Origin: the human T2T-CHM13v2.0 reference genome, Homo sapiens
DNA length: 64,000 nucleotides
Reading direction: 5' to 3' (one strand)
NCBI RefSeq assembly: GCF_009914755.1
Contig: NC_060925.1
Positions 1 to 17,864 of this stretch are shown piece after piece. Made by a program: the position numbers and the translations under genes. The notes beneath the pieces were generated by a model. That model searched no databases and was not told the DNA's origin. It saw nothing but the letters and a program-made list of their open reading frames with translations. Position 1 is the first letter of the stretch. Each line of letters opens with the position of its first letter.

Positions 1-31
1 TTACTGAACAAGACATAAATAACTTTTGACA

Positions 32-333
32 GCCAGGCGCGGTGTCTCAGGTTTGTAATCCCAGCGCTTTGGGAGGCTGAGGCGGGTGGGTCACTTGAGG
101 TTGGGAGTTCAAGACCAGACTGGCCAACATGGTGAAACCCCGTCTCTACCAAAAATATAAAAAATTAGCCAGGTGTGGTGGTGCATGGCTGTAATCCCAG
201 GAACTCGGGAAGCTGAGTAAGGAGAATTGCTTGAACCCAGGAGGTGGAGGTTGCGGTGAGCCGAGATCCGCCACTGTACTCCTGCCTGGGCGACACAGTG
301 AGACTCCATCTCAAAACAAACAAACAAACAAAA
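32..333 (+). mobile_element. Alu (AluS-like)
   Basis: Dimeric Alu, (CAAA)n tail, TSD aacttttgaca. Confidence 0.95.
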
Positions 334-437
334 CTTTTGACAACATAAGAATATTTTAAAAGTAGAAACAATTTATATAAACATATGTTTCCTCTGTATT
401 TATACCACAATCTTGACAGACTCATACAAATTTTTCA

Positions 438-745
438 GGCTGGGTGTGATGGCTCATGCCTATAATTCCAGCACTTTCAGAGGCTGAGATGGGAAGACTG
501 CTTGAGCCCAGGAGTTTGAGACCAGCCTAGGTAACATAGGGAGACCCTGTCTCTACAAAAATTAGCCAGGCGTGGTGGCATGCACCTGTGGTCCCAGCAA
601 CCCAGGAAGCTAAGGGCTAAGGTAGGAGGATCGCTTGAGCCCAGGAGTTTGAGGCTGCAGTGAGCTACGAACATGTGACTGCACTCCAGCCTGGGTGACA
701 GAGCAAGACCCCATCTCAAAAAAAAAAAAAAAAAAGAAAAAAGAA
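438..745 (+). mobile_element. Alu (AluJ-like)
   Basis: Dimeric Alu with gaggctgcagtgagcta, poly(A) tail. Confidence 0.93.
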
Positions 746-1171
746 ACCTTATTCCATTCCCAGGAAAAATTTAATTTAGTTAAATGACAAAAAAATGTTT
801 TATTGGTCTTTACTATGTGTTCAGTACTAACGATAAAAAAAAGATAAGTCATTCTAAGTCCACATGGAGCTTGCACTGTTTCTTTCACTAAACATATAAA
901 CAGCAATCACATAACTAAATATATAATTGCAAGTTATGGTAAGTGATATGTAGGTAAAGTACAGGGAGATACAAGCATATATAACAGAAGCAACCTGACC
1001 AAATTAGGGTGGAGCTGATGTACAGGTAAGTGATATTTATGGTAAGATTTTAAAGATGACTGCTGAACGAAAGTTAAGGGAAGAATAATGTTTAATATGT
1101 GTGGTATAGATTCTAGGTAAAGAAACAGCATAACCATAGATTCTGAGACTAGATAGAATATAGTAGAGATG

Positions 1172-1483
1172 AGGCCAGGCATGGTGGCCCACACCTGTAA
1201 TCCCAGCACTTTGGGAGGACGAGACAGGTGGATCACCTGAGGTCAGGAGTTTGAGACCAGCCTGACCAACATGGAGAAACCCCGTCTCTACTAAAAACAC
1301 AAAATTAGCCAGGCATGGGGGCACAATGCATGTAATCTCAGCTACTTGGGAGGCTGAGGCAGGAGAATGGTGTGAACCTGGGAGGCAGAACTTGAAGTGA
1401 GCCAAGATTGTGCCACTGCATTCCAGCCTGGGTGACAGAGCAAGACTCCATCTCAAAAAAAAAAAAAAAGAAAAAGAAAAAAA
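1172..1483 (+). mobile_element. Alu (AluS-like)
   Basis: Full Alu consensus with A tail. Confidence 0.95.
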
Positions 1484-1756
1484 GAATTAGCAAGGACCAA
1501 AGAACACAGGATCTTCTAACTTATATGATGGTATTTGGTTACTATATGAAGAGTAGTGTAAAGCCACTGAAGGGGCAGGAGGTGACTCACTTTATTGTTT
1601 TCAATGTTCTCCTGTGATATTATTCTCACCAATCACACACAGTCCACTATGATCTCCTTCAAGGCTCAACTAGGAAGAGTAACAACTATATGTCTTTTCT
1701 CACTCTTGGGCCCTAAAGCACTCATATGCTGCTACACCAGCATGATGCTTACTTTA

Positions 1757-2167
<411 letters not shown>

Positions 2168-2340
2168 CTATGAAAATGTATGGAAAGAGACTCAAAATAC
2201 ATTAAGTAAAAAAAAAAGCCTTGAAGACCAATATATATGACATCATTTGTGCTGAGGGAAAAGAACCCTTACATATTAGTCTACGTATTAATATATGTAA
2301 ATGAATGGAAGAAAAAGGTCTGAAAAGACACTCAACAAGC

Positions 2341-2854
2341 TGTAAGCAGACAGCAAGGTCTTCATGGACTATAGGAATTAATCAACTTGAACAATCAGCC
2401 TGTTTTATAGCCTCCTGCCTTGCAGCCTATTTTTGCCTAAACCCTGTGTAGAATGCAGTCACCTAGACAGCTGGAACCAGTTCCTCACAGACCCTGGCCA
2501 CTCACAGATAAACCTGAGTGAACTTTCCTCGTTACCATGCTAAAGTCTCCATCCTGGGAGAAGCTATAGCTTCACTACCATAGCATGTGACCTACGTCCG
2601 GGCATAAAGACTCACTATATGTGCACCACTGGGACCCCTCCTCTACATGCAGTGACATACCCTCTCTTCCCTCTCCATCGCCCCATAAAACCCTCCTCTC
2701 ACTTTCCCTCAGAGACCCACTGCTTTGGAGAATACTCCCAGTGCTCTCCTTACTTGTGACAAGTAATAAAACTTCCATTGATCAAAATCTGTGTTCTTGT
2801 GGAGTCATTTTTTACTTGAAAGGCAAAGGAATCCTGTTTTTTTTTTGGGTAACA
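2341..2854 (+). mobile_element. Solo ERV LTR (family unassigned), inside an old L1 fragment
   Basis: TG...CA termini (tgtaag...taaca), TATA-like cataaaa ~2684, AATAAA 2765-2770, near-TSD aagc/aaac. Confidence 0.7.
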
Positions 2855-2861
2855 AAACTTA

Positions 2862-3166
<305 letters not shown>

Positions 3167-4730
3167 TTAATGGCAGTTACACAGTTGGGCAACTTACAAA
3201 AGTATGTAATCATGAATTACTTATATAAGTACAAATAAATTGAAAGAGTAACACAAAGCTAGAGTACACTTAGAGTACAATTTAAGCTTCTTAAGATAAT
3301 CACTCTAAAACGATTCAAAACATTTGTCCTAATATTATTAATCTTCTTTTACACATTTAGATAGCCAAATATCAAAACTTATTAGTTCTTTTCAAAATTT
3401 AAGAACCTTAAAATAGTTTGTAACTTATCCCTTCAAAGAATTAGCATTCCTTTATTAATTTTGTTTATCACCTCCATCTCTATTAACTTTGTAAAGTAAG
3501 GTATGTAGTTGTTAATCTCTTAAATTTTCTAGTAAAATAGTTCTTTGACACAACTATAAACAACTTGATAGAATAAAAATACAAAAATCAGCAATCAGTT
3601 CTTCATTAAAAATAAAAGCATTATTTTGACCATAAATACAGGTTTGAGAGACCAAGGGGAAAATAATATTAAACCTTGACTTTTTCTGGGAAATTTGATG
3701 ATTAATAACAGAAAGTCACTCTTAGATGACCCTATTTCAGGACTTAAAAAATCACAAGGCAAAGATTTTTTTGAGACTCAAAGTGTCAGTTAATTGTAGA
3801 TCATAGATCTAAGAAGAATTTCCATTTCCTCATTCTTTAAGTATCTTTCTCTAAACGCATTCTTCCAAACATTCTCCAAGCTTCTCAAAGACAGTTTATA
3901 TACTCTTCAACCACAACATGTATCTAAACCACAAAAGACATGATTTACTAAATACAATAAGCATTCTTTCAGTCAAAAGTAAACATATGAAATAAAATTA
4001 TTAATATACCAACATCCAGATTTTTTGAACTTCCTCAGAAAAAGGTATGTCAGCAAACTAAAAAAGGGCCACAAAACAAAAACAGCTGTAAATAATTCTA
4101 CTAATCAAAGCACATGCATTCAAGGCCTGCAGATAAACTGTTGGGGGTCAGGCCGAATCTAGTTCATTAGGAGTATTTCTATTGAAACCTTCCAATTGAA
4201 ACAGAAGACAAATGATGAGCCCTCTTTATTTCCAAAAAGATTCAAAAGAGTGACACTGCTGCTCAAGTATGAAAGCAATGATTAGTTTCCCCACCAGTTT
4301 AAATAAGGACACCTCTCCTACAAAAATGACGAGATTTTACTGTTGATAATTGCTAATACAGAATATACATGATAATTAAATAGCAATCAGTTCAAGGGTC
4401 TGACCTAAGACCCAAGTTCAAAAATACCATATAATTTCCCCAATTATATATACACATTTTTACACCACTAAAGAGTGCTCACAGAAAACACTGAAAAGAC
4501 TGCTTTATTCAGTTATATGCCTTGTTCATGGCATTGACTGAAGCTACAGTACAGAATATCACATCTGACATTTCACTATTAATTTATCCCAATGTCTAAA
4601 TTCTGGTTAAGAACCACCACTTTCTTAAATCTCTAAACTTTTATCACTAATATTACCATTTGACTTTACTCAGGTTTTTTTTCTTAACAAAGAAATAAAG
4701 ATCTTATTATCAAAATAAAAAAATTATTTC

Positions 4731-5384
<654 letters not shown>

Positions 5385-5719
5385 CTAGTTTGTAGATACC
5401 AAACTCCAAGTCTTACAGCTCCCTTAGCTGTTAAATTCAAATGTATGCCTCTGCAAAATAACAAATAACTACATATTGTGAGCATCGATGTTTAAGTATG
5501 ATTAAAACATTGTCAATGAGCAACTACAGACAAAATTGTGATGACATGATGCATCTGGAAAGACGTAGAACAGCTTTGTTTTCTGAAAATCAATCATGTG
5601 TCAGTCACTGTGCTAGGTGTTTTCAGATGTTTCTCTTATTTAAATATCCACAATGTGGACTACCACCAATAACCAACATTTGTGAAGCAAAAACTAGGAT
5701 ATTATACTTTCAGTGCTCT

Positions 5720-5880
5720 ATATACAGTATCTAATTAATGTTCACAGTAACACTGTAATGTAGTTGTTATGCCCATTTTAAAGATAAGGAAACCAAAGTA
5801 CCCAAGTCACAAAGCTAGAAAGTGGCACGACTAAGACTCAAACTCAGGACAGCCAAACTCCCAGGCTGGTACTTTGAAAC
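5720..5880 (-). mobile_element. MIR fragment
   Basis: MIR core motif cccattttaaagataaggaaac...cccaagtcacaaagctag. Confidence 0.7.
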
Positions 5881-5929
5881 TCTATAATTTGTGCCACCAC
5901 ACGAATAAAAGTTTATAGTAATTATGGCA

Positions 5930-6077
5930 AGGGAGCTCTTGGGAGTGACAGAAATGCCTTAAAATTGTATGGTAGTAATGGTTGCACAACTCTGTAAATT
6001 TACTAAAAATCATTTGTGTATTTAAAATAAGTGAATTCTATGGTATGTAAATTATACTTCAATAAAGCTGTTAAAAT
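5930..6077 (+). mobile_element. Old L1 (L1MB/MC-like) 3' end
   Basis: ggttgcacaactctgtaaatttactaaaaatca...ggtatgtaaattatacttcaataaagctgtt. Confidence 0.75.
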
Positions 6078-7365
6078 AGTCATTAAGGGCTTTTTAATAG
6101 TCTTAGTTTTCAAAAATGTTAAGTAATAATGTAGAAACATAGAAACTATTCGAATCTGTTCTATGAGCACAGCAATAGCCCTATTAAATAGCTAAATTAC
6201 ATTGCTGTGAAGATTTCATTTAAACATATGACACATTTATTACCATCTCCTTTATTATAGGTTCATTTTATATGTTCCTGATTTAGAGAGAGAAAAATGG
6301 AAATTAAAATTCAACTATCTACTCTGAGCCAGGCACTCCTCTGAGGCATTACTATGCCCATTTTACAGAAGATAACTTGAGGTTTGGCGGCATTAAGTAA
6401 CGGCCCCAAATCAATAAACTGTTGAGCTGGGATTAACACCAGGTCTTACATATCTGAAATATAAGTTGGCCTGTGAAAAATGTTTTTATCAAACAAAACC
6501 ACACTGTCTGTAAGAAGAAAATCTTGGCTCTCTTCCCACTATGCCCGATGAGATGAGATTTTAACTCATTATTCTTGACCTTAACTTAATTTTTCATTTC
6601 TCTGGAACATTTCCATAGCAACCAGCATGTAGGGCCACATCAGAGAAGAGAAAATGTTTCACTGCCTTGAAAAATGAAGCTAGAAGCAGGAGATAAAAAC
6701 ACAAAGAAGAAAACTAATGAAGGCCTATTATAACACTTAATTTTTTAATCCTCAGCAGAGCATCAACTAATTTACAGTGGAAATAGAGTCTAAAATTTGA
6801 GGCTCAAGGTTTTTCCAGCAATAATATCTTGTGAACAAAGACCCAGTTTTGATTGTAAAAATACATCTTCCCAAAATGTATGGACTGAATTGTAACCCTA
6901 TATATACAAAATCCTGGATGTAAATAATTTAATATGATTATGTTAGTACAAATGGATAAATACTTGGGACAGGCATAAAGAGAAGGGCTTCTGAGTTAGA
7001 GGGAAAAAATAGCTTGAAAAATAGAACTTGATAAAGAAAGGTCGAGGAAAGTTCAAGGGGTTAATTCAGGTTGCTTACTTTTTCAGCGTTCAGAGGCAAA
7101 AAGAAAAATTTCTATCTCCAACCTAATACCAGATTGAGGAGAAGTAGTAAGAAAGGACAAAATCATTCATGGAGAAGCCGCCTGACCTGAGTTTGAAACA
7201 GAGTGCCTGAGAAAGTAAGACAGTCTTTAACTTTACGTATGTAGTTTGAATCTCCAGGTTCAAGTTATGCATTATATACAAATGTGCTACACTAAAGAGG
7301 GCATTAGCCCTCATTAATTATCAAAGAGGTGGCAGAATGATGTGACCAGACTCAAAGGCATCATC

Positions 7366-7652
7366 TTTTTTTGTTTTTGTGTTTTTGACACAGATTCTCA
7401 TTCTGTTGCCCAGGCTGGAGTACAGTGGCACGATTTTGGCTCACTGCAACCTCCACCTCCTAGGTTCAAGCCATTCTCATGCAGAGTAGCTGGGATTACA
7501 GATGTGCAACACCATGCCTGGCTAATTTTTGCATTTTTAGTAGAGATGGGGTTTCACCATGTAGGCCAGGTCTCAAACTCCTGGTCTCAAGTGATCAGCC
7601 TCAGCCTCCCAAAGTGCAGGGATTATATAGGCATGAGCCACCACGCCCAGCC
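7366..7652 (-). mobile_element. Alu
   Basis: Reverse-complement Alu with small internal deletions. Confidence 0.93.
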
Positions 7653-9028
7653 AAAAGCACCATCTTTAAAGGTAGTAGAAAGGAAAATTTACCGATTAAG
7701 CAAAAAAGCAAAATGTTTTAATTTTTTCAGTTTTTGCATTAACACTCTGTTGAATATTACATATACTATACTATCAAGTAAATAAATTTATAATCACCAA
7801 TTTAGTGTTAGTACAAACACTAAGGATGTAATAAAAACTGGTTACTAAGATCAGGAGTATTTTTAGTATACATTGAGCATTCCAGTTTACTCATTACCCT
7901 CAAAAAATTTTACAAAATTGTTTGCTTTATTATCTTAACTGCTTTTAAATTAATCATAAATTTCTGAAACTGTTTTTTTGTTGGGGGCGGGGGAGGTAAA
8001 AGTTGACATCTCCTTCTTAATCAAGCTTCTTTTCTAAATCAGAAAGATATTTCAATCCCAAAATGAAAGATTCATGTATACATTTTGAAGATGAGGCCAA
8101 ATATTTTAACAAGACTAAACAGTTTTCCAGGTCATCTTTTGAAATCAGTCCTCTTGCTGCAATAATGGTTCATTTTTATAAAGGAAGTTTACTCCTCTTG
8201 TCCAGTTATTTTGAGACACACAAATCTGACTGGCAAATAATCATGTGGGATGCAGGGACAAATAATCACAATGGAAAGAAAATCTAACCTGTGCCTGATA
8301 AATTTATGTTTCAGGTTGTTAAATACTATCCTATAGAATCCTCAGGAATATGATGAAATTAAGACATTTTAGAGGGTGGCACTAATATTCTGTTTCTTCA
8401 ACTTGTCCTTCATTATTAGTTCTTTCCCCACTGGCATGCTTAAATCTTTGTTCAGGAGCTGAAAGAAATTTGTCTCCAACTTGTCTCATCTAAAAAAGTC
8501 ATTCAATCCTTGTCCCTGTTTCCATCCACCACTATTGTGGAATAATTCTTAACAAGCACATTAAGAACCTTATGAAATTCAAGAGTCATATCTCAATTCT
8601 TATTTTACTTCTTTCTATATAGCATTTAATAATATTAAAGTTACTCCTACAAAAGCTGCCCTTTTCTAGGTTCTATACAACATACTGTCCAATGATTGGC
8701 AAGCCACTCCTTGCCCATATCTATTGAGGGCTTCTTCTTCTCTATTCATCCTTGGAATAGTGTTGGTTCTTAGAATTCCTTCCCCAGTTCTCTTCCCTAG
8801 AAAGTTTCCCTGAGTAATTTCATCTGTTTTTATGTTTTCAACTACCAACTAGATCCTGCTGACTTCCAAATCTCTCTCTCAAGTTCAGACTTCTCTTCTG
8901 AGTGCCAGGGCCATATAACCAGTTGACTACTAAGTCATCCATGTTCATCTCCTCCCCACCAAACCTTTTGTTCTCTTTGTCAGTGACTGAGTGACATACC
9001 AATTACTGTGATAAAAGCATGGGGAACT

Positions 9029-9364
<336 letters not shown>

Positions 9365-9586
9365 CTACTCTCTTTTCTCACACCCCTACCCATCAACTCA
9401 TCAATCGCCATGTACATATTATTTCTTTAATGTTTCTTAAAACCTTCTTATCCATTCCCAATACCAACATCTCTGACCTGGATCACTGTGACAATTTCTT
9501 AACTGGTATCCCTGGTAACAAACATCCCTAATACAGCAAAGCTAGGCTATAATAACTAGACTGTAAGTTCCTGAAAAATCAGAGAA

Positions 9587-9882
9587 TTTTTTTTTTTTTT
9601 TGAGACGGAGTCTCTCTGTGTCCCCTAGGCTGGAGTGTAGTGGCACAATCTCAGCTCACTGCAAGCTCCACCTCGCGGGTTTCACGCCATTCTTCTGCCT
9701 CTGCCTCCCAAGTAGCTGGGTCTACAGGCGCCCGCCACCACGCCCTACTAATTTTTTGTATTTTTAGTAGAGACGGGGTTTCACCGTGTTAGCCAGGATG
9801 GTCTTGATCTCCTGACCTTGTGATCCGCCCACCTCGGCCTCCCAAAGTGCTGAGATTACAGGCATAAGCCACTGCGCCCGGC
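9587..9882 (-). mobile_element. Alu (AluY-like)
   Basis: Diagnostic gcaagctcc, cacgccattc, ttagccaggatgg. Confidence 0.94.
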
Positions 9883-10020
9883 AATTCCCCATGCTTTTAT
9901 CACAGTAACTGGTATGTCACTCAGTCACTGAAGTTTTTTTAATCTTTCTTTTAAAATTATTTTATATATATGATATATTATTATATATCATATATAATTA
10001 TATATTATTAATTATATATT

Positions 10021-10337
10021 ATTTATTTTTATTTTTATTATTTTTTGAGACAGGGTCTTGCTCTGTCATCCAGACTGGAGTCAGCAGCACAATCACTGCT
10101 CACTACAGCCTCAAGTCTCACCCTTCTGGGCTTAAGTGATCCTCTTACCTCAGCCTCCCAAGTAGCCAGGACTATAGGTGTGCACCAACACACCTGGTTA
10201 GTTTTTTAAAAATTTTTAGTAGAAATGAGATCTCACAATGTTGCCCAGGCTAGTCTCAAACTCCTGGGCTCAAGTGTTCTCCCATCTCAGCCTCCAAAAT
10301 TGTTGAAGTTACAGGCGTGAGCCACTGTGCCTGGCCC
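10021..10337 (-). mobile_element. Alu (AluJ-like) with AT-rich tail 9955-10045
   Basis: Reverse Alu consensus. Confidence 0.9.
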
Positions 10338-10446
10338 TATTTTCTCTATGGTTTTAATACACAAATACGTATGTTATCCTATATAGGTTAGCAAATCAAT
10401 CAAGCTGGAGTATTTATGTGTTCTCTAAGAGAATGTCACTTGGCAG

Positions 10447-10700
10447 GGCCAGGGGCAGTGGCTCATGCCTATAATCCAGGCACTCCAGGAGGCCAAGGCA
10501 GGTGGATCACCTGAGGTCAGGGGTTCGAGACCAGCCTGACCAACATGGTGGAACCCCATCTCTACTAAAAATACAAAAAAAAAAAAAAAATTAGCTGGGC
10601 ATAGTGGCAGGTGCCTGTAATCCCAGCTACTAGGGAGGCTGAGGCAGGAGAATTGCTTGAACCCAGGAGGCGGAAGTTGCAGTGAGCCAAGATCACAAAA
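10447..10700 (+). mobile_element. Alu, 3'-truncated
   Basis: Alu consensus ending at gagccaagatcac. Confidence 0.92.
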
Positions 10701-10959
10701 GAGAGAAAAGAAAAAAGTCTATCGGGCTAATGGGAAGCTGCCAGGGAAGATAGGGTCTTACCATTCAGAGTAACATGCAAAGGCCCTAGGTTTCTTCCCC
10801 AACAGTTTCCCACTAGCCCAAAAGCTTTTTTTTAGAGGGGGGTGGGCAGGGGGACAGGAGTCAGTTGACTTTCTATTAGAGAATACGTGAATACTCCAGC
10901 TTGATGGATTTGCTAACATATATAGGACAGCTTCCTAAGTATTAAAAACCATAGAGAAA

Positions 10960-11345
10960 ATAGTGACATGGGGTTTATTTCCCCCATCCTTCAACCTGGG
11001 TGGCCCTGACTTACTTTCAACAGTTGCATGCAACAGAAGTGATGCTGGGAGAGTTTCAGAGCCTAGGTCTCAAGAGACTTTGCAGGAAGCTTGAACTAGC
11101 TTGTCTGAGGACAAGAGTACATGAAACAAAGAAGAGCTGTTTTATAATAGCTCAGATCCCTAAAACCAGTCCTAATTTGAGCTGTCAGATGATTGTAGCT
11201 ACACAAGTGGCCTCAGGGGAGACTAGCAGAACTACCAAACTAAACTCAGTCCAAATTGCTGACTCACAGAATTGTAAGCGAATAAAACGGTTGTTTTAAG
11301 CAGCTAAATTTTAGAGTGGTTTGTTATTTAATAATAGATTATCTG
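10960..11345 (+). mobile_element. MLT1-family MaLR LTR
   Basis: cagaagtgatgctg..agcctaggtctcaagag; 3' end aataaaacggttgttttaagcagctaaattttagagtggtttgtta. Confidence 0.75.
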
Positions 11346-11802
11346 GTGATTATATAATTAAGATAGTTTTACATATATAAATTTCATTATAGTCTTTTGA
11401 GAAAACATGTAATATTGATGTAGGAATTTGAAAGATTGTCTCAATTGAATCATAACCTTTTTGACAGAACATATTTATCTTTTTTTAGGCTCTAAAAATC
11501 ACAAAGATACTGACGGACCTTCACAAACACAACATGCCTAAATTTGGCTCCTCAATCCTGCATCATAAATTATCAGTAACAGAAAAGCAAAAGGATACAT
11601 TTTCAAAGCACAACATGGGCAATGAACCCCTCTTGACTTAAAAATATTTACCATTTGTGCTTAATTTAAACCTATCTAAAATGTATCATAATCCAGCTCA
11701 ACATACTTAAGCTGTGATCCATGCAACAGTCCTCTATGTTGATGAGCCAAAGTAGCATTACTAACTCTTAATACTGATAATGTTTCATGTGTTTCCAAGT
11801 TA

Positions 11803-12182
<380 letters not shown>

Positions 12183-12995
12183 CTAAGGTTGGTCATCTTC
12201 AGCAAGTTATACTTTTTTACCTACCTACAACTATCTTCATATACTCCCCAAATATTTTCTCTATCTTGAAACTGTAGGAGGAAAAGAAGGGCGTTTGACT
12301 GCCAATCACTATCTCATTTAACCTTTCCAACAACCTTCTGACATAGATATTATTACCTCTACTTTACTGATGAAGGAAGGAAAGAAAACTCAGTTACTCA
12401 GCTAACTTAGTGATTTAGTCATAATTTGAACCCACATCTATCTGACTCCAAAACCTGTATTTTTTCCACTATAACACCATGCCTTCCAACTTTGAGCACT
12501 TGTAACTTTTTATTATACTTTTTAATAATCATTAGTCAGCCATAATTAAAGATATAAATTAAATGATGCCTGTTTTGGGTTTAATCTGAGCATGACTGGT
12601 TTTAAGTAGGAACTCTGGAACTGTTTAAACCTACTTGTTTATTAAAAAGAAAAAATTAGGTTGTAGCAGCAACTACTGTATTCCTTTTGAACAGAACCAA
12701 AAGGATAACTCTGTCTTGAAGACTTTATTAAAATATTTCACTGAGAAATGAGAAGGGAACTAAAATAAAATGAATCATATATCTTAAGACGCCTTACTGA
12801 TATTTTAAGATGAAGTATAACATACATACAGATCAAGAGTGTTCAGTTCAACGAATTATCACAAAGTGAGCATACCTGCATACTTAAGACATACATTATC
12901 AGCATCTCAAAAGGCCCCCCCTCACTATCCCTCCCAATGATTACTCCTTTATTCTTCCCCAAATATCACTACTATCCCAACTCCTAACACAATAG

Positions 12996-13678
<683 letters not shown>

Positions 13679-14317
13679 CCACACAACATTATTTTTGTTA
13701 GATTTTTTTTCCCAGCATTTACTACATTTTAAACTGTTACAAAGCACTCCAGTTAAAATGATCACAGTTAGGAAGCTACCCTTTGTGAACTTATTTTGGG
13801 AGCAATGATGACTTGTAGATTTTGAATGCAGCAGATTTCTCATGTTGAACTGGAAGGAACAAAAATGAGTGTCAATAAAAAAAGTAGACAAAAATCTCCT
13901 CTTTACTCAAGAAAACAGTGTATGCATCACACAGCATATGTGTCACACACTAATAGTCTCCTATTACTTGCTTCTATTTCTTTTTCCCTATGATCCTGTG
14001 CTTTAGACTTCCTTGTGGCATTTGGTGGCTGCCATCATGTTCTGACTAATTCTAGAAACATGTAGATGTATTCACAACAGGTACATATCTAATTATATAT
14101 TCTGACCTAGAAATTTTATTTGCATTAAAAACCTAGTATATTTAATAATAGCAATAACATCAATATTTTTAAAATGTATTTCCCCATAATCTCTTAGGTC
14201 TTAAGGACATTTCATTACTTTGTTTTGTTTTGAAATATGCCTCCTAGAATTCAAACTATTTCCAGAAAACAATGTCACAGAGACTTTTAATTGCAGATAC
14301 TTGAAAAACAGTGCTTA

Positions 14318-14408
14318 GAAAAGAAGAAAGAAGGAAGCAGAAGCAGCAGCAGAGGAAGAAGCAGAAGAGGGGAAGGGAGGAGGAGGGAGAAGGAGGAAGA
14401 GGAGGAGC
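14318..14408. repeat. Purine-rich (GAA/GGA) low-complexity tract
   Basis: Nearly pure A/G run of ~90 bp. Confidence 0.8.
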
Positions 14409-14558
14409 TGATTCATTTTCCATTTTAGAATTATTTCTCAACTACTATTGCAAGCAAAATTCCATTTTGAAGGGTTTAAAAGAACGAAAAAATTGCTACA
14501 TGAACTCCAAACACAGAATCCTATAGCCACAATGTATCTTGTTTATACTGTATTATTA

Positions 14559-14984
<426 letters not shown>

Positions 14985-15424
14985 TCAGAATCAAATATGA
15001 CACTTCCTCCAAAATATGTAATGATGATCTTTCAGGGATTAAATTCACGCTTAGGTTTGTATAGTGTGCATGTTATAGGGAAGAGGAAATGAAAGGTTGA
15101 GATAAGTCTAACCACTGTGGATTGCACAATAAACAGATAAGTCTATTTATTGCTTGGTAAAAACAGGGACCCTGGTTAAGAACATAGTTTGTCCTACTCT
15201 TCCTCCAACCCTGAACCTTCTCCCCACTTCTGTATAGGCATTAATATATGAATTCCTTCAGAGAAGGCCTTCCCTGATCACCTTATTTCAAATAGATGCC
15301 CCAATCTCAATCCCTCCCCAGCCCTCTGCTATCCAACCACATGTTAAACTGCATGCTTCCCATCTCTTTCCTGATTAATTTTTCTCAATAATACTTCTCA
15401 TCCAACATCTGTGTTTCATATTTA

Positions 15425-15768
<344 letters not shown>

Positions 15769-16331
15769 GATTTTTGTTTCTATCTTTAACTATTTTTGAG
15801 TACACTCTATGTGCCAGGAAGTCTTTTATGCGGATCACATGCAAACACTTCGTCCTCGCAATGAGCCTATTTGGTCTCATTATTAATTTTAGGGCCAAGA
15901 ACACTGTAACAGAGATGTTAGGTAATATGATGGTCACTTGGCAACTAAATTTATTCTTATTTTTGAGCTGGTGATTCCTTCTGTAATCTTTCTTTAGTGA
16001 TACCACTAGACAATGCACATTTCTGGTAATCATGCCTGATGTCCTCACTTTTATCTTCCATTAAAAAAAAAATCTTCCATAAATATACATACCTACTGTG
16101 TACCCACAAAAATTAAAAATAAGTAAAATGATAATAATAAATTACCTCTTGTATCTATAATTTCCTTTTCATCTCCACTTTCTTGATTGAGGCCCTTAGT
16201 CATTCATTCAAAAACTACTTATTGAGCATCTACTACGTGCCAGTGTCCCAGAAACTGATATAGTCCTGAATGAAATAAAGTCCTTGCTCTCATACAGAAT
16301 ACAGTCTTATCACCTAGATCACAAAGCAACC

Positions 16332-16628
16332 TTTTTTCTTTTTTTAATTTTTGAGACAAGGTCTCACTCTGTCACCCAGGCTAGAATGCAGTAGCATGAT
16401 CAGAGCTCACTGCAGCCTCGACCTCCCAGGCTCAAGCAATCCTCCCACCTCAGTCTCCCCAGTAGCTGGACTACAGGCATGCGCCATCATGCCTGGCTGT
16501 TTTTTTAATTTTTTTTATAGACGAGGTCTCACAATATTGCCCAGGCTGGTTGCAAACTCCTAGACTCAAGCGATCCTCCTGCCTCGGCCTCCCAAAGTGC
16601 TGGTATTGTGAGCCATCACACCTGACCA
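16332..16628 (-). mobile_element. Alu (AluJ-like)
   Basis: Reverse Alu consensus. Confidence 0.93.
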
Positions 16629-17864
16629 CACAGCAACGGTTTAACTGATCTCTGTCCTCAGGATAGTTCTTGCCTTCCTCTACCTTCCTCACAGCTGATA
16701 GTCACTTACCTACATCAAATTCTTCCATGACAACTCAATTTTTAAAAAGGATGATACACTTGAACAGAAAAGGATATTCAAATGGCAATAAGCATATAGT
16801 ATGTTCACTGAGGAGTGATTACTCATGAGGGGAAGAAGGTACTTAAAGCTTTTCATCTTAAAACTCTGGGTACAATGGATTAATTAATGAATGTCAATCA
16901 TGGGGGAATAGGTGCTACCACTTCACTATTTATGGATGCCTTTGTAAGAATATTATCTGTACTAGCCTTATGATATTCTAATTACTCATATGTATTTAAA
17001 GATTTACCATCCTATTTTCTATTCTAAGAATTTTCTTACTTCGAAATCCATCAAATTCTATTTTATAGTGATAGAATAAACTGGAAGAGTCTTTTGTGCC
17101 CTCATGAACAGGTTTTCATCAACCACAGACCTACAAAATAAGAAGACATTTCTGAAAAAACTAACTCAGATAATGAATAAATCCAAAGAATCCATAACTC
17201 AATTTAAAAAAAAACACTATATGAAGAGTCTTACATTTACTTTTTAAAGTTTTTGATAAACTTAATGAGAGGCTAGATTCAAGCAAAGAAGATTGACAGT
17301 TTTAACTAAAACCATTCAAAAACTGCTATCAATGGGGTAATTAATGTAAAAATTGACATATAAAATATGGGTTTTAAAAGTAGTAATTACAGGGAAAGCA
17401 TTTCTAAATGAAAGCTGAAATCCAGGTTTTTTTTTTTCAAGTACAGTACTTGAATGTGGAAGACTACTACTTTTTAAGAGTCTCCACAAAAATGGACTTT
17501 TGAGCCAGTGTAACCAGTATACAGAAAAGTCAAATCAAGACCATAAGCAGTACGATTATTTTTAGTCAAGGACTAAGCACAGAGGGACAGCTTACCTCAA
17601 AAGAAAATCAAGAGACTGATATGAGGACCTCCATTTTTCAAGCTGTGAAAATTTTTAACATGATGAGTTTAGGAAGATGCAAGTTCATATAGTAACCAAT
17701 TTGGGTTCTACAGATCAAAGTGTAGTTTGAATAGAATCCAAAGGTAAATTATGGCCAATAAAGGATTTAGGATGCCAATAATGTTCAGTTTAATTATATT
17801 CACCTTTAACAACCAATTCGTATTAGCATTGAAAATTAGTTTTTGTCATCTAAAATGGGTCACA

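Noticed and set aside
5535-5592. Box C (GTGATGA) ... box D (CTGA) snoRNA-like pair
   Set aside because: Only ~50 nt, no convincing terminal stem or guide, and on the strand opposite the host intron.
16810-17800. Possible ancient L3/CR1 fragment
   Set aside because: Similarity too faint to support by eye.
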